Virus record (IMG/VR): IMGVR_UViG_3300042013_000103
Reading direction: 5' to 3' (one strand)
Source of the DNA: a virus
Lineage: Duplodnaviria; Caudoviricetes
DNA: 64,000 bases
This document shows positions 47,185 through 57,087 of this stretch, piece by piece (the first letter of the stretch is position 1; every line of letters starts with the position of its first letter). The position numbers were made by a program, and so were the translations under genes. The notes under the pieces are model-generated. The model saw only the letters and a list, made by a program, of their open reading frames with translations, made no database searches and was not told where the DNA came from.

Positions 47185-48432
47185 ATGTACATTCTAATCA
47201 GGGGTCGTCACCGGACCAATCGGCAAACAGGACGTTGGGTTGACGCGGACCTTGCTGCGGTTCCGGTTGCCACCCTGACCTCGGTCTACGGGGATGTTTA
47301 CCTGTATGTCACTTACCCCAACCCCGGGGATCAAGTCTTTGCCCTCCGTTTTGACAAAGTCTCGCACCTGATCGCCTCCGCCAACGCTAACATGACGGTG
47401 CAACAGTGGTTGACGTCGCTGGGCAACCTCACGTTGCCGTTTGAACCGGCCTTGCCCGATGAAACCGTCAAGTACGTGTACTACGGCAACACCTGGCACG
47501 CAGGGTACCGCGTCCAACCGGTCGCCCGCACCGGGCACGTGGACGACATCACGTCGAGTTATAAGAAAGAAGACTTGCTGTTGACCCACCCCAAACACGA
47601 CTACCAAAAGATCATGGACCATTGCCTGCAGTCGGTGAACGGGTACTACCATTTGTCCGACGCCGGACCGGATGGGATTCGGGTCGTGGACGGCAACACC
47701 ACGGTGCGCATTGCCAACGACAACCAACTGGGGATGACCTCGTTCGAGAAGGTGGCCAAACTCAAGTGTTACCCGATCACCGCCGAGATGGTGCACGCAC
47801 AGCGCCCTGGGGCACCGCTCTACGACGCGTGCTATGTGAAGTTGCCCATGTCCATTGACCTGACCGACAAGACCGTGCTGTTGGTGTTGGGGGGTTATCT
47901 CCATGTGATGGGCAAGAGTTATCTGCAGGTGGCGGAGCACGCGTACCGGATCGAACTGGGGTCGTTGCTGTTTGTGGACCGGTTGCTGAACTCCCGCACC
48001 ACGATCGACCTCTCGTCCTTGGACCTGACCGAAGACCCCGAGAACCCCAGCCTGCTGTCGGTGGCTGAACTCAAACGGGATTCCACGGTGTTGGCGTACT
48101 TGACGCTGTCGCAAAGTTTCTTCGTGGTGGTGGACACCCCGACCCTCTTCCACGAATTCGAGCAGCTGGAATCGTTGCGTGCTCCCGGTCGTTACATGGG
48201 GCATGAGCGATTGTATTACCCGGTGGTCGGGGCGTACGGCAAACAGCTCGAGTACCACATCATCGAGGAGCATGGCCAGTACGTGTACGCTTGCACCAAC
48301 AACCGTCGGGCCAACTACGACGCCAACCGTCGGAACTGGCAAGCCGGTAGCACGGTAGACGGTGGTCGTTACCCTGCCCATCCGTTCCGAGAAGCGTCGG
48401 CGTTCCTGCGGGTCATGGGCACGCAAGGCTGA
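47185..48432 (+). CDS. conserved virion structural protein (phiKZ gp130-like by position)
   Basis: 415 aa; DLLLTH, L.SVNGYYH and VLLVLGGYLH motifs; convergent with the portal gene. Confidence 0.7.
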   Translation: MYILIRGRHRTNRQTGRWVDADLAAVPVATLTSVYGDVYLYVTYPNPGDQVFALRFDKVSHLIASANANMTVQQWLTSLGNLTLPFEPALPDETVKYVYYGNTWHAGYRVQPVARTGHVDDITSSYKKEDLLLTHPKHDYQKIMDHCLQSVNGYYHLSDAGPDGIRVVDGNTTVRIANDNQLGMTSFEKVAKLKCYPITAEMVHAQRPGAPLYDACYVKLPMSIDLTDKTVLLVLGGYLHVMGKSYLQVAEHAYRIELGSLLFVDRLLNSRTTIDLSSLDLTEDPENPSLLSVAELKRDSTVLAYLTLSQSFFVVVDTPTLFHEFEQLESLRAPGRYMGHERLYYPVVGAYGKQLEYHIIEEHGQYVYACTNNRRANYDANRRNWQAGSTVDGGRYPAHPFREASAFLRVMGTQG

Positions 48433-48434
48433 GA

Positions 48435-48473
48435 CAGCATAAAGCCCTCCCGCAAAGGAGGGCTATTATGTCG
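48435..48473. terminator. bidirectional hairpin terminator
   Basis: CAGCATAAAGCCCTCC-CGCAAA-GGAGGGCTATTATGTCG between convergent genes. Confidence 0.75.
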
Positions 48474-51428
48474 TTACTCGGATTTCAGCCGTTTGGCTTC
48501 GGCTTCTTCCTTCTCACGCTGGGCTTGCTCTTCCGGGGTTTCTTCGACTTCGGCTTCCGTGTCGTCGAGTTCTTCCTCTTCAGGTTCCGCCGTGGCGCTG
48601 CGAGCATTGGGTTGCTCGTCTTGGTTCAGCAGGTCTTCGTCCGCAGGGTTTGGCACTTCACTGCCTTGTTCCGCGTCCGTGGCCGCTGCGGCTACCGGAT
48701 TGTCCAACCCGTCGGCCGTGCTGCTGGGGGTATCCGCGGTGGCGTCTGCCGAGCTGTCAGTGGAGAACGAATCGTCCCCGCCTAAACTGGCGTCTGCATC
48801 ACTGCCTCCCATGGTGCCTGCGGTTGGGTCGAACCCATCGTCACCACCCAGGGCGTCGGTCTCCCCGCCCCCGCCTGCATCAAAGCCACCGTCACCACCA
48901 CTGTCGAAGGTGTCACCACCGCCTCCAGCGCTGCCACCGGATGCATCGACGTCGGTCCCACCCGCTGTGTCATCGAAACCACCGCCACCGCCATTGGCTT
49001 CTTCAATCACCTTGCTATACTTCTTGGCAAACTCGGCTTTGGTGGCCTGGGTTTGACGCACGAAGTCCAACAACGCGGCGCCGAGGGTTTCCTGACGCAA
49101 CGCCTGGAAGTCCAACAGACTGAACGCCGGTTTATCACCGTCCATTTCCGTCAGCACGTTGAGTTCCGGCATGATGTTGTTGGTCGCCAAGAACTGACGT
49201 TTGAAGTGGGCACGGATCTGGTTGATGCCCATGTCCGCCAACCCACTAACGCCCATGACCTCATCCGGGAACAGGTCCGGAGTGATGTACGCTTCCAAGC
49301 ACATGTCCAGCAATCGGTTAAAGCCTTCAAACGCTTCGGCTTGTTTCTCGTGTTGGGTGGTGTCTGGCGACGGCAGGCTCACTTCAATCGCTTGAATGAA
49401 CTCGTCGATCACCTCGTTGACCGTCATGGTCTTGTACGCCCCGGCCAGCATGTTAGCGTTGGCCGCGATGATGGCGTTCATCTGATCCCGAATGATCGAA
49501 CTGTACTTCGAGAAGGTTTGGATGTACTTGGACAAGTGCCCACAGAACACCTTTTGCTTCTCTTTCACCCGACGGGCCATGACCAAGTCATTCTGCACCG
49601 CTGAGGTGGCGAAGTCCGGAGACGACATCGGGTCAACTTTCTCCGGTGGAACGCCCATGGCGGAGATGTGCATCCGGCGCAGGCGATCCTGCAGGTCCGG
49701 ATTGCCCGCTTGTTGGTTGGTGTTGTAGTCGTCGAACTCGACCTTCGTTTCCGCGTAGTCCGCCCCGTTGACGTTAATTGCAAAGTCAAAGCCCGAACGG
49801 ATCAGGTGATCCATGGCCTGGGTCGGGTCGGGTGCTGCCAACGGGAACGCCCGGTGGGCGGATTCCATGATGTTGGATTGAATGTTCGAGATCGTTTGTT
49901 CCGGGTCGATGTCTTCCGGGTCCAAGGTGATGTTGACCTTCTTACGGCCTACCGCGTTGCGCATGCCCCCGACGGTGTCAGCCATGAGCAAAGTACTGCG
50001 CATGGTGGCGATCAGCTTGGAGCGGGCCAACAGGGTCTCACCGATGCCGCGGTCGTTGTAGTCGAACGCGATGTAGGTCACCAGTTCCGCCGGGATGAAC
50101 ACCAGTTGCGTGTTCTTGGCTTTCCAGGTGCGGTAGAGCATGATGCGTTGGATTTCTTCCGTCATCCCCACTTCGAGCTCTTGATCGTACATGCCGTTGC
50201 GCATGCGGTTGTTCAGGTCGTTCACCAGGATCGCGTTGTAGGTCGACTGGATCTCGTTGAACTCGAACTCCGACGTGGTGCCCGTGCCGCCATGGCCCAT
50301 CGCCTCCCGCGTCATTCGCAACAGTTCGGAGTTGGAATCACCGCCTTTCGACCCTTTCCAACCCGCCTGCATTTCCCCGAAGAAGTCCCGGGACGTGTCC
50401 TTCGACACTGGGTAACCATTCTGGTCGGTCAGCAGCAAGTACGCAATGTGCACGTGCGGTTGACCCACGGGGAAGATCGGCACCAACGATTCGACTGGCA
50501 GCTCCAACCCGAGGGGGTGACCCACGGAACGCCGGGACATAAACTCGGGGGCCGTGATGATCTGAGTTTGCTGCGACCCTGCACCCCGCCGTTGGAACAG
50601 CGCTTCGATTTCGTCGTTGGTGAACTTGTGGACTTCCTTGGCCTGGGACTCCATGGACGCCGACGCCCCTTTCAACTTGTCGGCAATGCGCAACTTGCGC
50701 ACGTGACTGGACAGGTTCGGGCCTTTCAGCACGTTGAAGTTGTCGGTGATGGTCACGAAGTTGGACTTGAAGCCATCGGCCTGCAGGTAGTTCGAGTTGT
50801 CCTGGGCCGTGTTGTACGACTCCATCGACACGTGGGCCTTGGCCGGGTCTGGGTGACCCAGGAACCCGAGGGGTGTGCCGTTGACCAGGTTCTTGTGAAT
50901 CGCTTCGTAGCGCTCCATGGAGACCTGACGACCGCCGTTGACCAAGCTGTCCAAGACGTTCTCGGGCAAGACGGCCAGGATGTGCGCGCCTTTGCGGAAC
51001 AAAATCCGGCGCAGCCACAGGTCCAAGTGGTCGTTAATCTTATAGTCTCGTTTGAAGTAGCTCTCCACCGGCTCCATGAGCAGTCGCGATATTTCGCTGT
51101 CAAAGACGGCCGGGTCCACTGCAAAGGTCAGGTCTGTGTCGGACAGGTCCTTCGGTGACAGGATGCTCCCCACCAGTACGGTTTCAACCAGTTCCAGATC
51201 AGGCAACAACTGCATGATCGCATCGGCGTCAATCCCGTCTTGGGAAGTTTGACGGGAGATCTTATCTAATGAGTGACGGGCGATGTTGATGCGAGGTTTG
51301 TTGACGCTGCGACTGGAGTCCATCGGATCTTTTTGGAGCAAGTTCGTCAGTGCCGCAAAAGGGGTCGCGGGACCTCCTCGCTCCAATGGAGGCAGAGCGG
51401 TCTGTTGTTTGTTACCTGACCAGGCCAT
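48474..51428 (-). CDS. portal protein (phiKZ gp129-like) with an acidic Gly-rich C-terminal tail
   Basis: I.QLLPD.E....VLVGSILSPKD, GHPL...LP.ES..P, P.ELV.YIAF.Y...GIG..L motifs; three S-M-E protease-type sites; position relative to the MCP gene. Confidence 0.75.
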   Translation of the reverse strand: MAWSGNKQQTALPPLERGGPATPFAALTNLLQKDPMDSSRSVNKPRINIARHSLDKISRQTSQDGIDADAIMQLLPDLELVETVLVGSILSPKDLSDTDLTFAVDPAVFDSEISRLLMEPVESYFKRDYKINDHLDLWLRRILFRKGAHILAVLPENVLDSLVNGGRQVSMERYEAIHKNLVNGTPLGFLGHPDPAKAHVSMESYNTAQDNSNYLQADGFKSNFVTITDNFNVLKGPNLSSHVRKLRIADKLKGASASMESQAKEVHKFTNDEIEALFQRRGAGSQQTQIITAPEFMSRRSVGHPLGLELPVESLVPIFPVGQPHVHIAYLLLTDQNGYPVSKDTSRDFFGEMQAGWKGSKGGDSNSELLRMTREAMGHGGTGTTSEFEFNEIQSTYNAILVNDLNNRMRNGMYDQELEVGMTEEIQRIMLYRTWKAKNTQLVFIPAELVTYIAFDYNDRGIGETLLARSKLIATMRSTLLMADTVGGMRNAVGRKKVNITLDPEDIDPEQTISNIQSNIMESAHRAFPLAAPDPTQAMDHLIRSGFDFAINVNGADYAETKVEFDDYNTNQQAGNPDLQDRLRRMHISAMGVPPEKVDPMSSPDFATSAVQNDLVMARRVKEKQKVFCGHLSKYIQTFSKYSSIIRDQMNAIIAANANMLAGAYKTMTVNEVIDEFIQAIEVSLPSPDTTQHEKQAEAFEGFNRLLDMCLEAYITPDLFPDEVMGVSGLADMGINQIRAHFKRQFLATNNIMPELNVLTEMDGDKPAFSLLDFQALRQETLGAALLDFVRQTQATKAEFAKKYSKVIEEANGGGGGFDDTAGGTDVDASGGSAGGGGDTFDSGGDGGFDAGGGGETDALGGDDGFDPTAGTMGGSDADASLGGDDSFSTDSSADATADTPSSTADGLDNPVAAAATDAEQGSEVPNPADEDLLNQDEQPNARSATAEPEEEELDDTEAEVEETPEEQAQREKEEAEAKRLKSE

Positions 51429-51463
51429 TTGAAACTCCTATCTTTCAATAAGTGAGTGTAATC

Positions 51464-53626
51464 ATGAGCAATATGTTTTTTGAGGTGTATCGCGATGACG
51501 TGATGCGCTTGGCGCGCTCCATCGTTATCAAGTTCGATCATGTTGCCGAACAGATTAACACCCGGTTAAAAGAAGTGGGGCTGGAGGTGGATCCGGACCA
51601 CCCTGAAACGTGGAAGTACTACCTGCACCTGGCGGGGGAATACCACCCAACGGACGTGACGATGTCCGTGCGCTCGATGGACACGCTGGAGATGATTGAC
51701 TTCACAAAAGCCAACCTCGCGATCCACCGTGCCACTGCCCGGGAATACAAACCCGGCAGCATCTACTACAACAACCTGGTGCGCAGTTACCCGGATCAAG
51801 CCACCTTGATTAATGGGATTCTATATCCCATTGAACTCCAAACAGCCATTGATTCAAACAATGGTGATATTTTGTACTATGATCCTAAGTACGTGGAGGA
51901 TAACGAATACACCTTTGCTCACGATCTGCAGTCGTGGGTCACCACCTTTTATACCCGCTGGTACAACGACCAGTTCAACTTCATCGACGACCTGTACCTG
52001 GCCGCGTTCTTGGGTCACCTGTACATGCGCCTGCCGATGGGGATCCTGTTGATCCGTTTGAAGAACGCCAAGACCCCCAAGGCCCACAGCTTTCACATCC
52101 GGGAATACCTGGCGTCGCACGGCAAGCTGGACGAGTTCATCCCGTACCTGACCAAGGCCCAGCAACTGTACCTGTACCGCAACATTGCTTACCTGTTGCG
52201 CAACGCCGGCAAACAGCACATCTGGGACGAACTGGTGGACAAGATCCTCACGCCCCGGGGCATTCCGCTGGTCAAGTACGAACTGAAGCAAAACACCGAG
52301 TTCATGCCCGACTCGATCTATTCCCAGGTGGACATGGTCAAGAGCGACATCAACTTCAAAACCGTGACCGAGGACCAGAACAAATCCACGGTGGGGTACA
52401 TCCTGGAGCGGGAAGACGAATTGGCCCGGGACAACCCGTTGGTGCGTTTCGATGCCGAAAAGGAAATCATCGACAAAGTCCGTTCGGACAAGTACTCCAC
52501 GCTGCCGACCAAGGTCTTCGACTCGGCGGTGATCGACCGCTCCGCGTCATCGGTGCGCACCCGCACCAACGTGCTGTTGAACGAATGGTTGCACTTGGCG
52601 GCCAGCAACCGCTACCGGGCGTACATTCAACTGCCCAACCCACGGACCGGGGACTTGATGTCGGTGTCGGTGCGGGACGCGTACATCATCATGCTTTACG
52701 CGCACCAACGGGCCCACGAGATCGACCAACCGAACATCCCGAGTGTGGTGGCCTACGAGGTGCTGCGCGACCCGTTGCCGAACAAGCTCGAACTGAAAAC
52801 ACTGGTGGATCCGCGCTTGGTGCCGGACAAAGTGATCGACGCGATCATGGACCGCACCACGCCGATGCGCAACTACATTTCCACCGAGCAGTTTTATTTG
52901 GACTGCGTGCAGTTCCACTCGGAGTACGTGCGCAACTGGGAACTGTATTCGTTCCAGGAACACATGCTGGCCCGGGCGCTGTGCGAGAACGTGGTGAAAG
53001 CCAACTACATCGATCGGATGTGCAAGCTGGCGGAACCCAACACCAAGTTCGTCGACTACTTCAAGGAACAAGGCCTGGAGATCACGGACTTCACCCAGAC
53101 CGAATACGAAGAATTGACGGTCAATTGCATCAACATCGCCACCGGGGCCAACCTGTACCGGGTAATTACCCTCGGAGAGATCCAGAGAGAGCTCCTGCGC
53201 TTGATGGCACGCCTTTCCTCATACCCGTTGCAGTACTTGCGCAACGTGGCGTACACGGACTTCCACGTCCTTGGGATTGTGTGCACCCGCCTCGGGGACA
53301 TTGAAGCCGAAGCGGGGGATGACATGAAACTCACCCTCAACTACACCACCGTGCAGAACGTGTGGTCGGAAGGCTTCACCGGGGTCAACATTCCGGACTT
53401 GGGGGTGATGCCCAACATCACGTTGGAAACGGAAGACACGGGGGATTGGGTGATTCCCGTGTGGCCGTGCATCTCGGACCTGTCCCTGTCAGAAGGGCAT
53501 TACTGTTTGAACATCAGCCAGATCAACGTGCAGAACGTTTCCATCGTGGCCGACAACGAACCGAGCACCACGGGCGAGTTGCCTGAGTACGACAATTCCA
53601 CGGACCCTACGTGGCCGAAACCTTAA
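51464..53626 (+). CDS. virion/baseplate structural protein (phiKZ gp128-like)
   Basis: MSNMFFEVY...V..LA..IVIK, WKYYLHLAGEYH, HSFHIREYLASH and LYRNI.Y motifs; ATG at 51464. Confidence 0.75.
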   Translation: MSNMFFEVYRDDVMRLARSIVIKFDHVAEQINTRLKEVGLEVDPDHPETWKYYLHLAGEYHPTDVTMSVRSMDTLEMIDFTKANLAIHRATAREYKPGSIYYNNLVRSYPDQATLINGILYPIELQTAIDSNNGDILYYDPKYVEDNEYTFAHDLQSWVTTFYTRWYNDQFNFIDDLYLAAFLGHLYMRLPMGILLIRLKNAKTPKAHSFHIREYLASHGKLDEFIPYLTKAQQLYLYRNIAYLLRNAGKQHIWDELVDKILTPRGIPLVKYELKQNTEFMPDSIYSQVDMVKSDINFKTVTEDQNKSTVGYILEREDELARDNPLVRFDAEKEIIDKVRSDKYSTLPTKVFDSAVIDRSASSVRTRTNVLLNEWLHLAASNRYRAYIQLPNPRTGDLMSVSVRDAYIIMLYAHQRAHEIDQPNIPSVVAYEVLRDPLPNKLELKTLVDPRLVPDKVIDAIMDRTTPMRNYISTEQFYLDCVQFHSEYVRNWELYSFQEHMLARALCENVVKANYIDRMCKLAEPNTKFVDYFKEQGLEITDFTQTEYEELTVNCINIATGANLYRVITLGEIQRELLRLMARLSSYPLQYLRNVAYTDFHVLGIVCTRLGDIEAEAGDDMKLTLNYTTVQNVWSEGFTGVNIPDLGVMPNITLETEDTGDWVIPVWPCISDLSLSEGHYCLNISQINVQNVSIVADNEPSTTGELPEYDNSTDPTWPKP

Positions 53627-53637
53627 GGAGCTAACCC

Positions 53638-54516
53638 ATGGCTGACACCAGGGACTATTTAAAGCAACATCCTTGGGCAGCGTTGTGTGACATGATCAAT
53701 GCCGAGTGCTTCCTCCAGCTGTATCCGGGAAGCACACGGTTGGTCGAGTTCGCGGCGATCGGTCCTAAACGCACCCGCATCAAAATTGAAGCGGACCGTT
53801 CCACCGACGCGACTAACTCCATGCCCGAGGTGACGCTCACCGAGTTCACTTACGACCGGCTTCGGCTCCAAGAGTTCTTTGCGTTGTCCCCCGTGATCAA
53901 CATCGAGGGGTTGTACCTGCCGATCACCACGCAAACCATCGTGGAGATTCTGGCAGAGCGCACGGGGATCTTCTTCACCTTGGACGATTTCATTCACGAG
54001 GAGTTGAAGGCTTACACCGGGAACAACAACTACACGTTGGTGGCCAACCCCAAATCGTTGCGCTGGACAGGGTTCTTGCAGATCAAGTTGACCAACACCG
54101 TCAAGGAAGACTTGGCCTCGCTCACCACGGGGTTGTCGTTTCCTTCCTTGTTGTCGTTGCCGAGCAACAACAAGTGGATCACCCGGTTCCAAACCGCAGG
54201 GTACGATTTCACGGAATACCGGGCGTATTTGGAATCCATCGGGAACGGTGTGTTCCACCCGTCAGCCAAGAAGCTTGCGGCCATCATGGCCAAGGTAACC
54301 AAACAAACTTGGGTGGCCATGCCCGTCACGGTCAGTCGGAACATCGTGCACTCGGTGATTGACGGCGAGTTGCATTACAAGGTGATCTACAACGGCCCGG
54401 CCTGGGATCGGTTCACCGTTCGCACAGACATGCGCAAAGTGATGGTGATCGAACTCTCGGGCGAGTACTGCGTGGAACAAGATCAGACCGGTTGGTTACT
54501 GTTGCATTACAACTAA
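53638..54516 (+). CDS. virion structural protein (phiKZ gp127-like by position)
   Basis: YDRL.L...DDF...SLRW.G domain; operon-packed after AAGGAG. Confidence 0.7.
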   Translation: MADTRDYLKQHPWAALCDMINAECFLQLYPGSTRLVEFAAIGPKRTRIKIEADRSTDATNSMPEVTLTEFTYDRLRLQEFFALSPVINIEGLYLPITTQTIVEILAERTGIFFTLDDFIHEELKAYTGNNNYTLVANPKSLRWTGFLQIKLTNTVKEDLASLTTGLSFPSLLSLPSNNKWITRFQTAGYDFTEYRAYLESIGNGVFHPSAKKLAAIMAKVTKQTWVAMPVTVSRNIVHSVIDGELHYKVIYNGPAWDRFTVRTDMRKVMVIELSGEYCVEQDQTGWLLLHYN

Positions 54517-54525
54517 GGGGGCGGT

Positions 54526-54957
54526 ATGTACATCACGGATTTAAAAGTGGCCTTGATTGCCGCGTTCAACACCGCCAACAAACCCAAGGTGCCGTTGCAA
54601 GTGGCGGACGTGGACTTTGTGAACCCACGGTTGCAGTTGCTGGGCAGTTGCAACGCGGCGGTGACGTTACGGGCCAAGCTGGGGTCCATGACCTTTAAAG
54701 GCACCCAAGACATTCACTACAACCGCGTGCGCATCGACACCGTGTGCCGGAACGTGGTGATCCCTGGGCGGTCCACGGATTACGCGTCCACCCACGCCGT
54801 GATCGCCGTCTTGCGGAAAAACTACGGGTTGCCCATCGACCTTGACGACATTGACTACGCGGTCGTGCCACAGGCGGCAACCTTGACCCTGCGCCCTAAG
54901 GTGGCCAGCTTGGGATACCTGTTCACTTCTTCAGCTATTATCCCGTTCGAATACTAA
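54526..54957 (+). CDS. small virion structural protein
   Basis: F.GTQDIHYNRV...YGL.I..DDI...SLGY domain, homologous to its neighbour. Confidence 0.65.
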   Translation: MYITDLKVALIAAFNTANKPKVPLQVADVDFVNPRLQLLGSCNAAVTLRAKLGSMTFKGTQDIHYNRVRIDTVCRNVVIPGRSTDYASTHAVIAVLRKNYGLPIDLDDIDYAVVPQAATLTLRPKVASLGYLFTSSAIIPFEY

Positions 54958-54965
54958 AAAAAATA

Positions 54966-55005
54966 CGGCATAAGCCCCCTCCGCGATGGAGGGGGCAATA
55001 TGTCG
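54966..55005. terminator. bidirectional hairpin terminator
   Basis: CGGCATAAGCCCCCTCC-GCGAT-GGAGGGGGCAATATGTCG. Confidence 0.75.
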
Positions 55006-55006
55006 T

Positions 55007-55312
55007 TTAACGCAAAGAACTCAACACCGGCAGTGCTACGCTGATCACCATGTAAACCACCATGGTGAAGACCCCGTATTTCACCATCCGAATGTATTCC
55101 GCCAACACGTGGTCCCAGTGTTCGAACCGCGCCTTTAACTGGGCTTCGGCGATCTGGTACCCCGACGGTAGCTGGGACAACAGCTCGTCTAACTTTTTGG
55201 CGTGGCGTTCTTGGAGGAAGTGGCGGATAAACATGACCACCAGCATGACCGAGAACAACCCCACGGTAAAGGGCAGTGCACCCACGGGGATCAATGAAAG
55301 AATAGCCATCAT
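55007..55312 (-). CDS. hypothetical two-TMD membrane protein
   Basis: Two hydrophobic ~22-aa segments. Confidence 0.65.
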   Translation of the reverse strand: MMAILSLIPVGALPFTVGLFSVMLVVMFIRHFLQERHAKKLDELLSQLPSGYQIAEAQLKARFEHWDHVLAEYIRMVKYGVFTMVVYMVISVALPVLSSLR

Positions 55313-55323
55313 GGGCGGTCCCC

Positions 55324-55686
55324 TTAAGCGAAGCGGATGTATGAGAGGTACAGGTGGCGGTACTTGTTGCGGATGCGTTTGCCTTTCACTGCCATTTCGG
55401 CGAACAGTGCACGGTAGTCATCGAAGTACATCATGCGCAGGGCCATCGATTGGGTGAACTCTCGCTGTACTTGTTGCACCGCTTGGAACTCGTTCAGGCG
55501 ATCCTGCAGTTTCTTTTGCACCCGGGCTTTCCGAGGGCGACGACGAGGGTGGTGGAACGTATTGGTGCGCGTGACCACGAAGTGATACCGTCCGGCATTG
55601 TTACCGGCTTCGTGGGCCACCTTTTCCATTAGAGCCACCACACGGGGAATTACCCGTTCGCTGCCGTATGTTTCTTGTTCAGTCAT
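55324..55686 (-). CDS. hypothetical protein with a basic patch
   Basis: HHPRRRPRKARVQKK; operon-packed. Confidence 0.6.
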   Translation of the reverse strand: MTEQETYGSERVIPRVVALMEKVAHEAGNNAGRYHFVVTRTNTFHHPRRRPRKARVQKKLQDRLNEFQAVQQVQREFTQSMALRMMYFDDYRALFAEMAVKGKRIRNKYRHLYLSYIRFA

Positions 55687-55695
55687 GCGGGTTCC

Positions 55696-56307
55696 TTAAA
55701 AGGTGGCGACGAAGTCCCCGTCACGGAAAGTGAGGGAACGGGACTTCGGGTTGTAGACGATGCTGATGCCCAGTTTGGCAATGGCGGATTCGATTTCTCG
55801 CTGCACCAAACCGTCTGGACCCACGGTTTCACGGATCTGTTTGACCAAAGCGCTGTGGTTCACGCACAACCATGCCGTAGAAAGGTCGTAGGCGTTGGTT
55901 ATAGGCGATTTACCGAGCAGGGAACGCAGGTCTAGCTGTAGACGCTTGATCAAGCTCAGATCGCTTCTCAGGGACCACAGGTTGTACAGCAGCCCCACGC
56001 GCAGGTCCCCACCATGGGGCATGAACACGGAGTCGTCTTCAATCAAAGGCCGCAGTTTCTGAGAAGCATACGGTTGGTACGCGATGAACAGGCCGTTCTC
56101 CGCGATGTAGAGTTCTTGGGTGTCCAGGGTTTTGTACACGCATTCGCTGGATACCACGGACAACGCGTACAGTTCGGCGATGTTAGGGACTTCCACCACC
56201 GGCAGGGCTTCCAACCGAAGAAACAACCCAGAGTTGTCCACTGTGGGTTCGGTCCGCAGTGCAGGGCCGACATAGAACAGCTTATCAGTAATGAATTGCT
56301 TAAACAT
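55696..56307 (-). CDS. hypothetical protein
   Basis: ATG at 56307 after AAAGGAA (MFKQFITDK...). Confidence 0.65.
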   Translation of the reverse strand: MFKQFITDKLFYVGPALRTEPTVDNSGLFLRLEALPVVEVPNIAELYALSVVSSECVYKTLDTQELYIAENGLFIAYQPYASQKLRPLIEDDSVFMPHGGDLRVGLLYNLWSLRSDLSLIKRLQLDLRSLLGKSPITNAYDLSTAWLCVNHSALVKQIRETVGPDGLVQREIESAIAKLGISIVYNPKSRSLTFRDGDFVATF

Positions 56308-56338
56308 TAGAAAGTTCCTTTTAGATTGGGAGTGGGAC

Positions 56339-56596
56339 TTAGACAGTCCCGAGTGATCGTTTACGGGTGTATGGCTGTTGTTGTAACTCGCCGAAGATTT
56401 GGGCATAAAGAATATCGTACGTGCGTTGGTAAATCTCTACGTGCGAAAGTGGGTAATGCACTGCGTCCAAGACATGAGGTAACGCATCGTTACCCTGCGC
56501 CATGGAGCGGATGGAGTAGGTCGGTTCTTTGAGTGTACCGAAAAACCACTCGGGATCCACCAGCGGAACGTTGCAAATGGTGAAGTGTTCCATCAC
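56339..56596 (-). CDS. hypothetical protein
   Basis: 85 aa; start overlaps the upstream stop (GTGATG) after GGAGG. Confidence 0.6.
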   Translation of the reverse strand: MMEHFTICNVPLVDPEWFFGTLKEPTYSIRSMAQGNDALPHVLDAVHYPLSHVEIYQRTYDILYAQIFGELQQQPYTRKRSLGTV

Positions 56597-57006
56597 GTGC
56601 GTTTCCTCCAGCCTTTGGGTGGATGGTAGTTGGTTTTGTATACCAGCCGAGATCGTCGACCCCTGGGGTCATGGACTTGGAAATGGTTGATTTCACCCAA
56701 GCCCAGTTCAATGAAGATCACATCGACTCGAGTAGTGCCGGTCCCAGTATCGATAGTGAGGTGCAGCACTGCCTTACGCCATACTGGGTTCTCGAAATCG
56801 AAATTCTCGTACTGACCGATTTCCACTAGGTGGTAATTGTCGACCTTGGTACGACCAACAATGACAAAACCTGGGTCGCGCACCATTTGGTAGTGGGCCT
56901 CCAGCTCACCGTCATCGCGGATGAAACCAAACCCCCGAAAGTTTATCAGGGTTGTGCCTGGAAGAATCAAGTGACGCTGTTTCTGTTTGCGTTTGGAGAC
57001 AGCCAT
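56593..57006 (-). CDS. hypothetical protein
   Basis: 137 aa; ATG after GAGG. Confidence 0.65.
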   Translation of the reverse strand: MAVSKRKQKQRHLILPGTTLINFRGFGFIRDDGELEAHYQMVRDPGFVIVGRTKVDNYHLVEIGQYENFDFENPVWRKAVLHLTIDTGTGTTRVDVIFIELGLGEINHFQVHDPRGRRSRLVYKTNYHPPKGWRKRT

Positions 57007-57048
57007 TGCTCAACCTCGGTGGTTGGATCGAATTACATTGCCACGCCT

Positions 57049-57081
57049 CATAAAAGCCCTCCCGGTGAGGAGAGGGCTTTT
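57049..57081 (-). terminator. hairpin terminator
   Basis: CATAAAAGCCCTC-C-CGGTGA-GGAGAGGGCTTTT. Confidence 0.65.
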
Positions 57082-57087
57082 GGCGAG

